From Sedimentisphaerales bacterium (GTDB lineage Bacteria; Planctomycetota; Phycisphaerae; Sedimentisphaerales; SM23-30), in the NCBI GenBank assembly GCA_963666285.1, contig OY762711.1: a DNA stretch of 64,000 nucleotides; one strand, given 5' to 3'. Positions 52,781 to 62,747 of the stretch are shown here, piece after piece. Position 1 is the first letter of the stretch. The number at the start of each line of letters is the position of its first letter. The notes below the pieces were generated by a model. The model saw only the letters and a program-made list of their open reading frames with translations, ran no database searches and was not told the origin of the DNA. The position numbers and the translations under genes are program-made.

Positions 52781-53917
52781 TTATTTAGTTTTATCTTTCT
52801 TAGTTTTTTTATCGTCTATTGAATAATAATCATTATACATTTCAGTTAGAATTTCTTCTAACTTGGCTTTCTCTGCATCTATATTTTCAATGGATATTTC
52901 AGAGTCTGGATTATATTTAGCTTCATCTAACATATCCATAATTTGATATATGCCTATTACAAGCATAGTCATATTTTCTTTTTCTGTAGTTTCATCAATA
53001 CTATACTCTTCATCAATTGAGAGACTTGTTGTTTCTAATGACAAAGACATAGAGACCATCATCAAAGCCTCACCACCCAAAGGAGCAGTAATATTCTCAA
53101 ATCTACTATCATAGCTATCTTTCCAACAGGCAGTCCAAAGCCACTCAGGAGTAAATAATGTAAGGTCTGATATGTCTATTTTGTAATCAAGATATAAATT
53201 ACATGCCTCATTCCAGTTATCACAATAGTTAGATGGGAATGAATTAGGGTCAGCCACGTAAGCAGGGTTGTTTGGACTATTGGTTAACCATGCTTCAGAC
53301 ATCAATGCAAACTCATACAGGCTTACAACCCCATCTCCATTTAAATCTCTTTCATTATAAATATCATCTTCACTTAAATCATCGTCACAGGAATAGGCTT
53401 CATCGGCTCCAATATCAATCCAACTTCCCTCAATCCTATTTTCACTGTCAATGTCTTCATAACCGATTTCCGAATTAGTGAAAGATATATTTCCTCTATC
53501 TATCAATTCTGAATTATATGCGAGATGGATATTATTGGGGTCCCCAAAATAGGCAAACATTGGCTTACCAGAGACATTACCATCCCCATAATCAATGTAA
53601 TCAAGTCCATTTGGGTCATTTACAGGGTCATAGATACAACAGTATTCAGGATACTCAATCCCAGACATTTGCTCTCCACCATCGTTATTGTAATATATAA
53701 TACAATTTTGAACATCAGCAAAAGCATTAGGGTCAGATTTTACATAAGATAAGCCTTCATTATAATTATATGCAATAGTATTGTTGTATAATACTGGAGG
53801 TTCATTAGGGTCATATATTCTAACTCCATAATATAATTGATTTTCAGTTCCATTTTTTGTAATAACACAGTTCTTTAAAGTTAAACTGAATTTTTCATCA
53901 ACATAAAAATACACCAT
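52781..53917 (-). pseudogene. 5'-truncated duplicate of the 54597-57515 beta-helix gene (open frame, no signal peptide)
   Basis: 53039-53812 matches 54858-55631 almost exactly (offset 1819); homology begins just after the hairpin at 53926-53966. Confidence 0.7.
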
Positions 53918-53983
53918 AACTAAAAACTCAAGGCTCCCAATCTATTACTGATCAGGAGCCTTGAGTGCGTTACAAAGTAGCAA

Positions 53984-54583
53984 TTACTTTTTTCTTAATA
54001 TCAATCCACCTAGACTCAATAACATCAATGAGCAAGGTTCAGGGACTATAGTAAATTTAATATTATCAATTACAGGGTCATAGCCTGATTGATTTTTCAA
54101 TTCAATAGAAAAAGTATCATAGGAACCGTCTCCATCATTATCAACATCCCATACTCCAGTAATTAAGTTAGCAACAGAATCATCATATTCCCTACAAATG
54201 ATTTCAATATGAGGTTGGTGAACTTGATTAGGAGAATAAGCATCTTGATAACTAAAGATTTTATTGATTGAGCCACCAGATAGTGTGGCTGTTGAATAAT
54301 CTTCGATATATAGACTATTCATCTCTCCACCATCAAAAAATAATTGACTGTAATCATCAAGGGTAATTGTTTCAATCCCACCAACATCGATTTGGAGATG
54401 AGCAGTATTTTCAACTTCAATGATACTATGATTATGAGCATCTATCTCATCAGCTCCTCCACCTGTTACTAAAAGGGTATCGTTATTGTATAGGCTAACT
54501 CCATACTCATATGTGTCAGAAATAACCATAGCATTTAACGAACAAGTAAACATTAAAAACATAAATAACATCATCTTTTTCAT
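53984..54583 (-). CDS. PEP-CTERM protein, paralogue A
   Basis: Signal peptide; VPEPCSLMLLSLGGLILRKK. Confidence 0.92.
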   Translation of the reverse strand: MKKMMLFMFLMFTCSLNAMVISDTYEYGVSLYNNDTLLVTGGGADEIDAHNHSIIEVENTAHLQIDVGGIETITLDDYSQLFFDGGEMNSLYIEDYSTATLSGGSINKIFSYQDAYSPNQVHQPHIEIICREYDDSVANLITGVWDVDNDGDGSYDTFSIELKNQSGYDPVIDNIKFTIVPEPCSLMLLSLGGLILRKK

Positions 54584-54596
54584 AACTTAATTCTCC

Positions 54597-57515
54597 TTAT
54601 TTAGATTTATCTTTCTTAGTTTTTTTATAATCTATGGAATAATAATCATTATACATTTCCCAAAGAATTTCTTCCAGTTTAGCTTTCTCTGCATCGATAT
54701 CTTCAATAGCAAAATCAGGGCTTGGATTAGATTGTTGCTCATCCAGTATGTCCATTAGTTGATAAATAGCAAGGACAAGCATAGCAAGGTTTTCTTTTTC
54801 TGTTTGTTCATCAATGGTGGTTTCTTCTACACTTGTTATACTTGATGTTGTATCTAGTGACAAAGACATAGAGACCATCATCAAAGCCTCACCACCCAAA
54901 GGAGCAGTAACATTCTCAAATCTACTATCATAGCTATCTTTCCAACAGGCAGTCCAAAGCCACTCAGGAGTAAATAATGTAAGGTCTGATATGTCTATTT
55001 TGTAATCAACATATAAATTACATGCCTCATTCCAGTTATCACAGTAGTTAGATGGGAATGAATTAGGGTCAGCCACGTAAGCAGGGTTGTTTGGACTATT
55101 GGTTAACCATGCTTCAGACATCAATGCAAACTCATACAGGCTTACAACCCCATCTCCATTTAAATCTCTTTCATTATAAATATCATCTTCACTTAAATCA
55201 TCGTCACAGGAATAGGCTTCATCGGCTCCAATATCAATCCAACTTCCCTCAATCCTATTTTCACTGTCAATGTCTTCATAACCGATTTCCGAATTAGTGA
55301 AAGATATATTTCCTCTATCTATCAATTCTGAATTATATGCGAGATGGATATTATTGGGGTCCCCAAAATAGGCAAACATTGGCTTACCAGAGACATTACC
55401 ATCCCCATAATCAATGTAATCAAGTCCATTTGGGTCATTTACAGGGTCATAGATACAACAGTATTCAGGATACTCAATCCCAGACATTTGCTCTCCACCA
55501 TCGTTATTGTAATATATAATACAATTTTGAACATCTGCAAAAATATTAGGGTCTGATTTTACATAAGATAAGCCTTCATTATAATTATATGCAATAGTAT
55601 TGTTGTATAATACTGGAGGTTCATTAGGGTCTATTATTCTTATTCCATATCTAAGCTCTTCATTGTTGCCATTTTTAGTAATAACACTATTTTTTAATAT
55701 CAAGCTAGAATTTTCAACATAGACACCATGCCCACCATTTTGAGAAGAAATACTATTTAAAATTGAAAGGGCATTACTTGCTCCTTCATGCCTTATTCCA
55801 TGTAAAATATTATTTGCAATTTTTGACCATTGCAAACTAATGTTACCATTTATAATACGAATCCCATATTGAGATTCTTTGATATAACAATTATTAATCT
55901 CACAATCAGAGTTATTTCCGTAAACTCCATAATCATTTCCATGCTCAACAACAAAACCATCTATAATACAATCATCTCCCATAGTCACAACAGTATCATT
56001 TATAATATTATCCCCAATTTCCCCAGTTAAAATTGTTTTATATTTATCAGGATTCCTATCTGCAAAATCACATCCGCCTTTCTTAAAACCACCATACATC
56101 TCAGTTTCATAAGGTAATTCAAAACTTAAAGCAGAACCATTACCAGGATTATAGATTCCCTCCGCAACATATATCTTATATCCTGTTGCAGAACAATTGG
56201 CTTCCCTTGCTCTAGTTAATGCATCTTGCAAATCAGTATAAGCATGAGTCCAAGAAATACCCGTATCAAATCCTATTGCATTTTTATCAACATAAATAAT
56301 ATCAGCATCCTCTGTCTGCCAGCAACAAACAGGTGTATCAACTTCTGCAATGCCTATTAGAATATCTCCAGTATAAATATAAGCCTTATTATGTATAAAC
56401 ATTCCTGCTGGAGCAGTTTCATTAACTCTTACTGTCAATGAAACACAACCTGTTAGATTATTTGGGTCTAATGTCCCGATGTTCCACGTATAAGTATTGT
56501 CCATGATATTATAGCTAGTATCAAACGGGTCAAAATCATAGTCAACACTATAAGGTAAGACATCAACAATTGTTACATCTTCAAAAGTTCGACTATCTAT
56601 ATTATCCCAGCAAATAGTATATTCTATTTCATCGTTTGGGTCACAGCAATCAGTTCCTGTATTGTCATGGTCTATTATAGTGAAATCCTTAGTGAATCCT
56701 AATCGTTCAAAAGGATAAACATCAGCTGCTATAGTAATAGTATCAATAATCTCTTCACCATTAGCTTCATATTCATTAAGTTCAAAAGGAACAAAACTTT
56801 CTCCCCAACTATCAAAAGTATTATGATAAGATGCTTTCCATCCATCCATATATTCTGGTTCTAAATCATCAAAAACCCCACTATTCTCACCCTCTACTGT
56901 AAATGATGAAACATCATCACCAGCATTGATTTGAGCAACAATTTCCCACTTATTGGGAATCCATGGGAACCCCCTTACATCTCCTAACGCCAACATACCT
57001 GTCCCTGTCCCTTGTAAGATATACTCTATAGATTGAGCCAAAAATCTATCAGCAGGTTCATAGTCAGAGTAGGCATTACTTACACCACCTACAGTATGAA
57101 AATCTGCGTCATGACCAGTTAATATCACTCTTCCTAATATACCATCTTCTATAATTGATTGTGATAAACTGTGAACAGTGCTTTCCTCATTCCATCCTAC
57201 AATAAATATATCATGATTATTTAAGTCTTCTACTGTGATAGGAGTTGAGTTTATAGTTTTATAGGTATAATCAACATTAGGTCTATAATCAAATAATGAA
57301 TCCATAGCTGCGACTATATCAGTATCATTCCCAAGATTATCTTTAGAGCCATAATCATAAACTATAAACGAATAGTCATCTGGATTAAAATCTATTGGAA
57401 TATCTGCTGCAGAAGAACTCCCAAGCTCATTATCTAAAGTATCTGCCCATACCCCTGATGTAACTAACATTAAAGTAACTATTCCCAGAAAATACCTTGT
57501 GAAAACATTCCTCAT
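54597..57515 (-). CDS. Large secreted protein: DUF11-like domain, right-handed beta-helix, DIGADE (choice-of-anchor-Q-like) motif, dockerin-like module
   Basis: Signal peptide from ATG 57515 (AAGGA upstream); IYVD...G.SW..AYTDLQDAL; DIGADE; DLNGDGVV..EF..SEAWL...IDISDL..F..EWL. Confidence 0.8.
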   Translation of the reverse strand: MRNVFTRYFLGIVTLMLVTSGVWADTLDNELGSSSAADIPIDFNPDDYSFIVYDYGSKDNLGNDTDIVAAMDSLFDYRPNVDYTYKTINSTPITVEDLNNHDIFIVGWNEESTVHSLSQSIIEDGILGRVILTGHDADFHTVGGVSNAYSDYEPADRFLAQSIEYILQGTGTGMLALGDVRGFPWIPNKWEIVAQINAGDDVSSFTVEGENSGVFDDLEPEYMDGWKASYHNTFDSWGESFVPFELNEYEANGEEIIDTITIAADVYPFERLGFTKDFTIIDHDNTGTDCCDPNDEIEYTICWDNIDSRTFEDVTIVDVLPYSVDYDFDPFDTSYNIMDNTYTWNIGTLDPNNLTGCVSLTVRVNETAPAGMFIHNKAYIYTGDILIGIAEVDTPVCCWQTEDADIIYVDKNAIGFDTGISWTHAYTDLQDALTRAREANCSATGYKIYVAEGIYNPGNGSALSFELPYETEMYGGFKKGGCDFADRNPDKYKTILTGEIGDNIINDTVVTMGDDCIIDGFVVEHGNDYGVYGNNSDCEINNCYIKESQYGIRIINGNISLQWSKIANNILHGIRHEGASNALSILNSISSQNGGHGVYVENSSLILKNSVITKNGNNEELRYGIRIIDPNEPPVLYNNTIAYNYNEGLSYVKSDPNIFADVQNCIIYYNNDGGEQMSGIEYPEYCCIYDPVNDPNGLDYIDYGDGNVSGKPMFAYFGDPNNIHLAYNSELIDRGNISFTNSEIGYEDIDSENRIEGSWIDIGADEAYSCDDDLSEDDIYNERDLNGDGVVSLYEFALMSEAWLTNSPNNPAYVADPNSFPSNYCDNWNEACNLYVDYKIDISDLTLFTPEWLWTACWKDSYDSRFENVTAPLGGEALMMVSMSLSLDTTSSITSVEETTIDEQTEKENLAMLVLAIYQLMDILDEQQSNPSPDFAIEDIDAEKAKLEEILWEMYNDYYSIDYKKTKKDKSK

Positions 57516-57679
57516 TATACCATTCTTCCTTTCGTAACACTTAACAACTTCTATCCTCAAAACTGTTCACATTGAACAGCCTTTATGTAATCAAAGGCAG
57601 TCAATAAATGTGGGAGAAATAACAAGGAATAATTTAGACTTTCTCCCTATATATAAGTCCCAAATATTTACCAGTCTTT

Positions 57680-57709
57680 ATTTTATGAAATTTAGGGTGG
57701 TTATGTCAA
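57680..57709 (-). promoter_or_regulatory. Possible sigma70 promoter of the beta-helix/PEP-CTERM cluster
   Basis: TTGACA-N18-TAAAAT on the minus strand. Confidence 0.5.
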
Positions 57710-57972
57710 TGGATATGTGTAATTATTAAAATTTCCCAATTATCCCATATCTTCAAAATAGGCTATATTTCCCCTTGTTTTGCATACAAGCATACAAGAA
57801 ATTATGCATTAAATCCTTGTTTTTACACCTTTTATGTGGTATATTCCACTTATAAAAGCTCTTTAAAAGTACAGATTTTAGTACAGACAACGGAAGAAAT
57901 GACCCCTTATAATAGCTCAAAAATGAGTTTTTTTTGAGAGATTTGGGAACGCCGAGCTCCAGCTCGGCACAT

Positions 57973-58076
57973 TCGCCGTAGGCGATTTATAATAAGGTTG
58001 CGTAGCAACACTTTCTTTACACTTTTTATTTTACCCTTTACACTTTGATGCCGCTTCGCGGCATCTGGTCTGCCCA
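57973..58076. repeat. About 105-bp dispersed repeat, copy 2, preceded by REP hairpin GCCGAGCTCCAGCTCGGC
   Basis: Near-identical to 34445-34549. Confidence 0.85.
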
Positions 58077-58669
58077 CAAATCAAAAATAACAACTTACAA
58101 AAAAACTCACAATATCCCCTGCCCGCCGCGCCCCCTCCGTTCGCCGCCGTTCTCGTTTATCGCCCGCCGTAAGGGCTCAATTCCCCGCCGTTCGCCGACA
58201 TTTCCCGAAGCTGCCCGACCTTTCGCCGCTGCTCTCCCGCACACCCTCCGTCCATCCTCTATATAGCTCCGCTCCACCGCCGTCGCCAACCTTTATTCCC
58301 GCCGTAACAATCCACAGCATTTCCCACCGCCAACCCTCTCCAAAATGCAAAAGCTAAATTTTCTTTACTTCACCATAAACTCTTATTTACTCCATCTAAC
58401 GCCCAACCCCACACAAACTTAACCATATTTTTATCTCACTTACCGCCAGGCATAAACTCAAAAAATAAGTCCCGATACACTTCCCAACACCTCAATTTTT
58501 CACTTAGCAAATCTTGCCGCAACGCGGCTTTCCTCACTAAATACCTCTAATACCACTCAAACTGCCTATCAATCAGTTTGAATTATCAATTGACTTTACC
58601 ACCAAAAACTATGATAATCAAAACATAACAAAAGACATAAATATCGATTTTAATTAAGGTTACTGATAT

Positions 58670-60202
58670 ATGGCCAAAAAGACCAACACTAAACCAACTC
58701 CGGGCATCGCATACCTCGTTGGCGCCGGTCCCGGCGACCCGGGACTTATCACCGTACGCGGCCGGGAACTCATACAATCCGCCGACACAATCGTTTACGA
58801 CTATCTAGCCGACAAACAACTGCTAAACCTCGCTTCTGACGATGCTGAGCTAATATACGTCGGCAAACAGGCTGGCAAACACACAATGCCGCAGGATGAC
58901 ATCAACGAACTGCTCGTAAAACTCGTTACCCAAGGAAAATGCGTCGTTAGACTCAAAGGCGGCGACCCGTTCATTTTCGGACGCGGCGGCGAAGAGGCAC
59001 TCGCACTCGCCCAGAATAATCTGCCGTTCGAAATCGTTCCTGGCGTTACCGCTGGTGCCGCCGTCCCGGCATACGCAGGCATTCCCGTTACCCACCGAGG
59101 CATGGCAACTAACCTCACTTTCATTACCGGCCATGAAGACCCCACCAAAGACGAATCTCAAATCAACTGGAACGCTCTAGCAAACATCGGAGGCACACTT
59201 GTTTTCTATATGGGCGTCAAAAACCTGCCCAATATCACCAAACAGCTTATAGACAATGGACTTACAATAGATACACCAGCCGCAATCATCGCTAACGGCA
59301 CCAAACCCAACCAGGTCTCCGTTACCGGCACACTCAATGATATCGCCCATATCGCCAAAAAGGCCAATATTGCCCCTCCGGCAATCATTGTTATCGGCCA
59401 GGTAGCTTCTCTCAAACAGCAGCTTAAATGGTACGAAAATAAACCGCTGCTAGGCAAAAAGATTGCTATCACACGTGCCCGCGCCCAGGCCAGCTCACTC
59501 GCCGAAAACCTGATTAGCCTCGGCGCTGAAGTCATCGAATTCCCCACTATCAAAATTGAACCGCCTATAAATACCGAACCGCTTGAAGTCGCAATCGTCG
59601 ACATTCACAATTACGACTGGATTGTTTTCACCAGCATTAACGGTGTAGACGCTTTCTTCGAAACACTTTACGAGCTCGGACTCGATATACGACGCATAAG
59701 CAGTCAACAGTTCTGTGCTATCGGCCCTGCCACCGCCGACAGGCTCAAAGACCATGGCATTATCGCTGACCTCGTTCCTGAGAAATTCATCGCAGAATCT
59801 ATCGCCGACGCGTTCCTCGCCAAAGGCGGACTGAAAGACAAAAACGTCCTGCTGCCCCGTGCCGATATCGCCCGACCGACCCTGGTCGAACTACTGGAGG
59901 CCATGGACGCTTGTGTCACCAATATCCAGGCATACAGAACCGTTCCGGACACCGGCAACAAGGACCTGCTCATTGATCTACTTCAAAGCGATTCGCTCGA
60001 CTGGATCACTTTCAGCAGCTCATCTACCGTCAAAAATTTCTTCGATGTCATCGCCCCAGAACTACTAAAAGGCAAAAAAGTTCAAATCGCTAGCATTGGC
60101 CCTATAACCTCCAAAACGATAAAGGAATACGGCATAAACCAATTCGCAGAAGCAAATGAATACACTCTGGACGGAGTAATCGATATCATTTGCGCAAACT
60201 AG
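58670..60202 (+). CDS. cobA: Uroporphyrinogen-III C-methyltransferase / uroporphyrinogen-III synthase fusion (CobA-HemD)
   Basis: LVGAGPGDPGLIT, RLKGGDPFIFGRGGEE; HemD part FTSING, IGPAT, FSSSSTV, SIGPIT. Confidence 0.95.
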   Translation: MAKKTNTKPTPGIAYLVGAGPGDPGLITVRGRELIQSADTIVYDYLADKQLLNLASDDAELIYVGKQAGKHTMPQDDINELLVKLVTQGKCVVRLKGGDPFIFGRGGEEALALAQNNLPFEIVPGVTAGAAVPAYAGIPVTHRGMATNLTFITGHEDPTKDESQINWNALANIGGTLVFYMGVKNLPNITKQLIDNGLTIDTPAAIIANGTKPNQVSVTGTLNDIAHIAKKANIAPPAIIVIGQVASLKQQLKWYENKPLLGKKIAITRARAQASSLAENLISLGAEVIEFPTIKIEPPINTEPLEVAIVDIHNYDWIVFTSINGVDAFFETLYELGLDIRRISSQQFCAIGPATADRLKDHGIIADLVPEKFIAESIADAFLAKGGLKDKNVLLPRADIARPTLVELLEAMDACVTNIQAYRTVPDTGNKDLLIDLLQSDSLDWITFSSSSTVKNFFDVIAPELLKGKKVQIASIGPITSKTIKEYGINQFAEANEYTLDGVIDIICAN

Positions 60203-60432
60203 CCCAAAACATCCATAATTCACTGGAATTACGGTAAATCACTATGGAATACTACCCGGATTTGATATAATTAACCTATCAAACAAATAAATATCCATAT
60301 TTAAACCACACCTGCTGAAAATTTAGTACACTTTTTTTAATTTCATACTCTAATTTCATTCGTCAGACGGGTTTATTTATAGTAATTCATTTTTCTGTAT
60401 TATTATTGTAAATATCTGAAATTTCTATACTA

Positions 60433-60987
60433 ATGAAAAATTCGTCAAATAATGAAATCCCTCTGGTAAAATACGAAGAGTTTTTGCAATTATTTGTTAA
60501 TCATCAGAGTAAAATTTTTGGCTATATCATCACCATGGTACCATGCCGAAGCATCGCCGAAGACATCCTACAGGACACTCTACTGGTTATGTGGCGAAAA
60601 TTCTCGGATTTCACGCCCGGCACAAACTTCGCAGCATGGGGTGTCAAAATCGCCAGGCTTAATATTCTCAAATTTTACGAACGGGAACGCAATAGTCACA
60701 TCAAGTTCAACAGCGAAGCGGTCGAAAATATATCTGAGTGCCTCAGTGATTTGAACAAGAAGGATGACTCTAACAATACTGAAATTAAAGCGTTACGAAG
60801 CTGTATGAATAAACTGACTGAAATTGACCAGAAAATGATTACTTTCAGATACATGCGGAAATACTCGATCAAGGAAATCGGTATCCACTTTGGCAGGTCC
60901 GCACATGGAATATACAAAACCATGGCCAGGATACACAACCTGCTTCAAAAATGCGTCGAACGTGAAGTGTCAATTTCGCAGCACTAA
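60433..60987 (+). CDS. ECF sigma-70 factor (planctomycete/verrucomicrobial type)
   Basis: AEDILQDT..MWRKFSDF.PGTNFAAW, LRSCMNKL, RIH..LQKCV. Confidence 0.92.
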   Translation: MKNSSNNEIPLVKYEEFLQLFVNHQSKIFGYIITMVPCRSIAEDILQDTLLVMWRKFSDFTPGTNFAAWGVKIARLNILKFYERERNSHIKFNSEAVENISECLSDLNKKDDSNNTEIKALRSCMNKLTEIDQKMITFRYMRKYSIKEIGIHFGRSAHGIYKTMARIHNLLQKCVEREVSISQH

Positions 60988-61031
60988 GCACTTCAAAACT
61001 GAAATTTTGAAAAAATGTATTGTATATTATT

Positions 61032-62747
61032 ATGAACGATAGAATTAAAATCAGAATCAACGAGCTGGCTCTCAAATCGCTGGAAAATAATGTCACTCCG
61101 GAAGAATTTGCCGAGCTTAACAATTACGTGGCCGAAAGCAAAGAATCTGCCGGACATTATATCAACTTTATTAGAACATATAATAATATTTCTGATACAG
61201 GCGACATAATAGAATCGGCACAATCATTCTTAAATGAAGCCATGAACGAAATGCTTTGGCAAAACCTTGTGGAATCTGAAAACAATGCCCAGGCACTAAT
61301 AGAGGAACCTGAAGAACAAGTCGATAATACCATACGAATAGAAAGAAAGGCTCCTGACAGGTCATCAACAATCAAAGTTCTGGTCCGGATCGCCGCTGTG
61401 CTGATTATTGGTTTTGTTATTATCTGGTTTGACAGCATAGCACGCAGGCAGGCTGCAAATGAAAATCTGATTAAGATTGCTAAATTGGATTCTACTTCAA
61501 ATGCAGTATGGCAGCGTGAATCAAATTTCCCGGTTAAAGGCGAATGGCTCTGGACTGGCAACTATTACCTTAAACAGGGTTTTGTTGAACTTACATTTTC
61601 AAATAACGAAACTGTCGTGGTTGAAGCTCCAACTAAATTTTCTTTACGAACTCCTGATAGTATCTTTTTACATCATGGACAGGTATACGCTACTGTACCC
61701 AAAGAAGCGATTGGATTTACGATTGATACCGAAAATGCTAAAATTGTTGATTTAGGGACTGAGTTTGGGGTTTATTCCGATATAAACGGCAACACAGACC
61801 TGCACGTATTAAAGGGCAAAACCCAATTGCTGGCAAGAAAGGCTGAAAGCAGCAACAATACAGAAATCGTTGTTGCTGGCAAAGCCAGAAGAATACGACC
61901 GGAAACTGAAGATATTAAAGAAATTAAGCTTAATGACCAGTTGTTTGTCAGGGAATTTGATGACACTACCGGCAAATTATGGAAAGGTGAAAACCTGAAC
62001 CTTGCCGATATCGTTAGCGGAGGAAATGGCTTTGGCGAGGGCATACCAGATAAAGGCGTCGATATCCAGAGCGGCCACTTAGTACAGGTACTCGATACCA
62101 GTGATATGATCGATGGAACTCCGTTTTACGTCGTTGTAGAAGGCAGCCCTTATATCGACGGAGTATTTGTTCCAGGCGTTATTGCTGATTCAACCCAAAT
62201 CACGTCATCCGGTATTAAAGTTAAGGATATACCAAAGACAGACGGTAAATACTGGGGTTATATATTTAACGGGGCATGGCATGACTCACACAATGTTGCG
62301 AGACATAATCTCGTCTTGGATGGGCGGCCCATACCGAATGATATACCCGCTATTACCATGCACTCTAATCTTGGCATTACCTTTGACCTTTCTGAATTAA
62401 GAAAAAATCTGCCAAACGTTGACATAAAAAGCTTTAAAACGGATTTCGGCATCTCTGAAACTATGTCTATACTCATCGATGACAAAGATTTTGATTTCGG
62501 CGAAGGCCCGGCTGCTATGAATCTTAAGAAAACTAGAAAACCGTCCGTTGACCTTTGGGTATTTCTTGACGGGAAAAATATCTATAAAGAACGTATTAGC
62601 TGTTTCTCTCCACTCTATGATATAGAAGTCGAGATCGACAATGCCGGCCAGTATTTGACTATCGTGGTCTCTGAGTCCGACGATGGATGGGGACTCGACT
62701 GGGCCGTATTTAAGAACCCTCAGCTGGTATTAAGCAAAAAGCATTAA
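61032..62747 (+). CDS. FecR-like anti-sigma factor with C-terminal NPCBM-like domain
   Basis: TM segment; GFTIDTE..IVDLGTEFGV..LHV.KG; MHSNLGITFDL, YLTIVV...DWAVFKNP. ATG 61032 preferred. Confidence 0.85.
   Translation: MNDRIKIRINELALKSLENNVTPEEFAELNNYVAESKESAGHYINFIRTYNNISDTGDIIESAQSFLNEAMNEMLWQNLVESENNAQALIEEPEEQVDNTIRIERKAPDRSSTIKVLVRIAAVLIIGFVIIWFDSIARRQAANENLIKIAKLDSTSNAVWQRESNFPVKGEWLWTGNYYLKQGFVELTFSNNETVVVEAPTKFSLRTPDSIFLHHGQVYATVPKEAIGFTIDTENAKIVDLGTEFGVYSDINGNTDLHVLKGKTQLLARKAESSNNTEIVVAGKARRIRPETEDIKEIKLNDQLFVREFDDTTGKLWKGENLNLADIVSGGNGFGEGIPDKGVDIQSGHLVQVLDTSDMIDGTPFYVVVEGSPYIDGVFVPGVIADSTQITSSGIKVKDIPKTDGKYWGYIFNGAWHDSHNVARHNLVLDGRPIPNDIPAITMHSNLGITFDLSELRKNLPNVDIKSFKTDFGISETMSILIDDKDFDFGEGPAAMNLKKTRKPSVDLWVFLDGKNIYKERISCFSPLYDIEVEIDNAGQYLTIVVSESDDGWGLDWAVFKNPQLVLSKKH

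Noticed and set aside
51497..55631. Diversity-generating retroelement behind the PEP-CTERM variation
   Set aside because: No reverse transcriptase in the window, no short TR/VR pair, and the differences are not restricted to adenines.
57888..57900. Third copy of the tRNA att core (AACGGA)
   Set aside because: Only 6-7 bp match, which is expected by chance.
43900..60200. Strong C-over-G skew on the plus strand
   Set aside because: Consistent with ordinary replication strand bias, with most genes on the minus strand.
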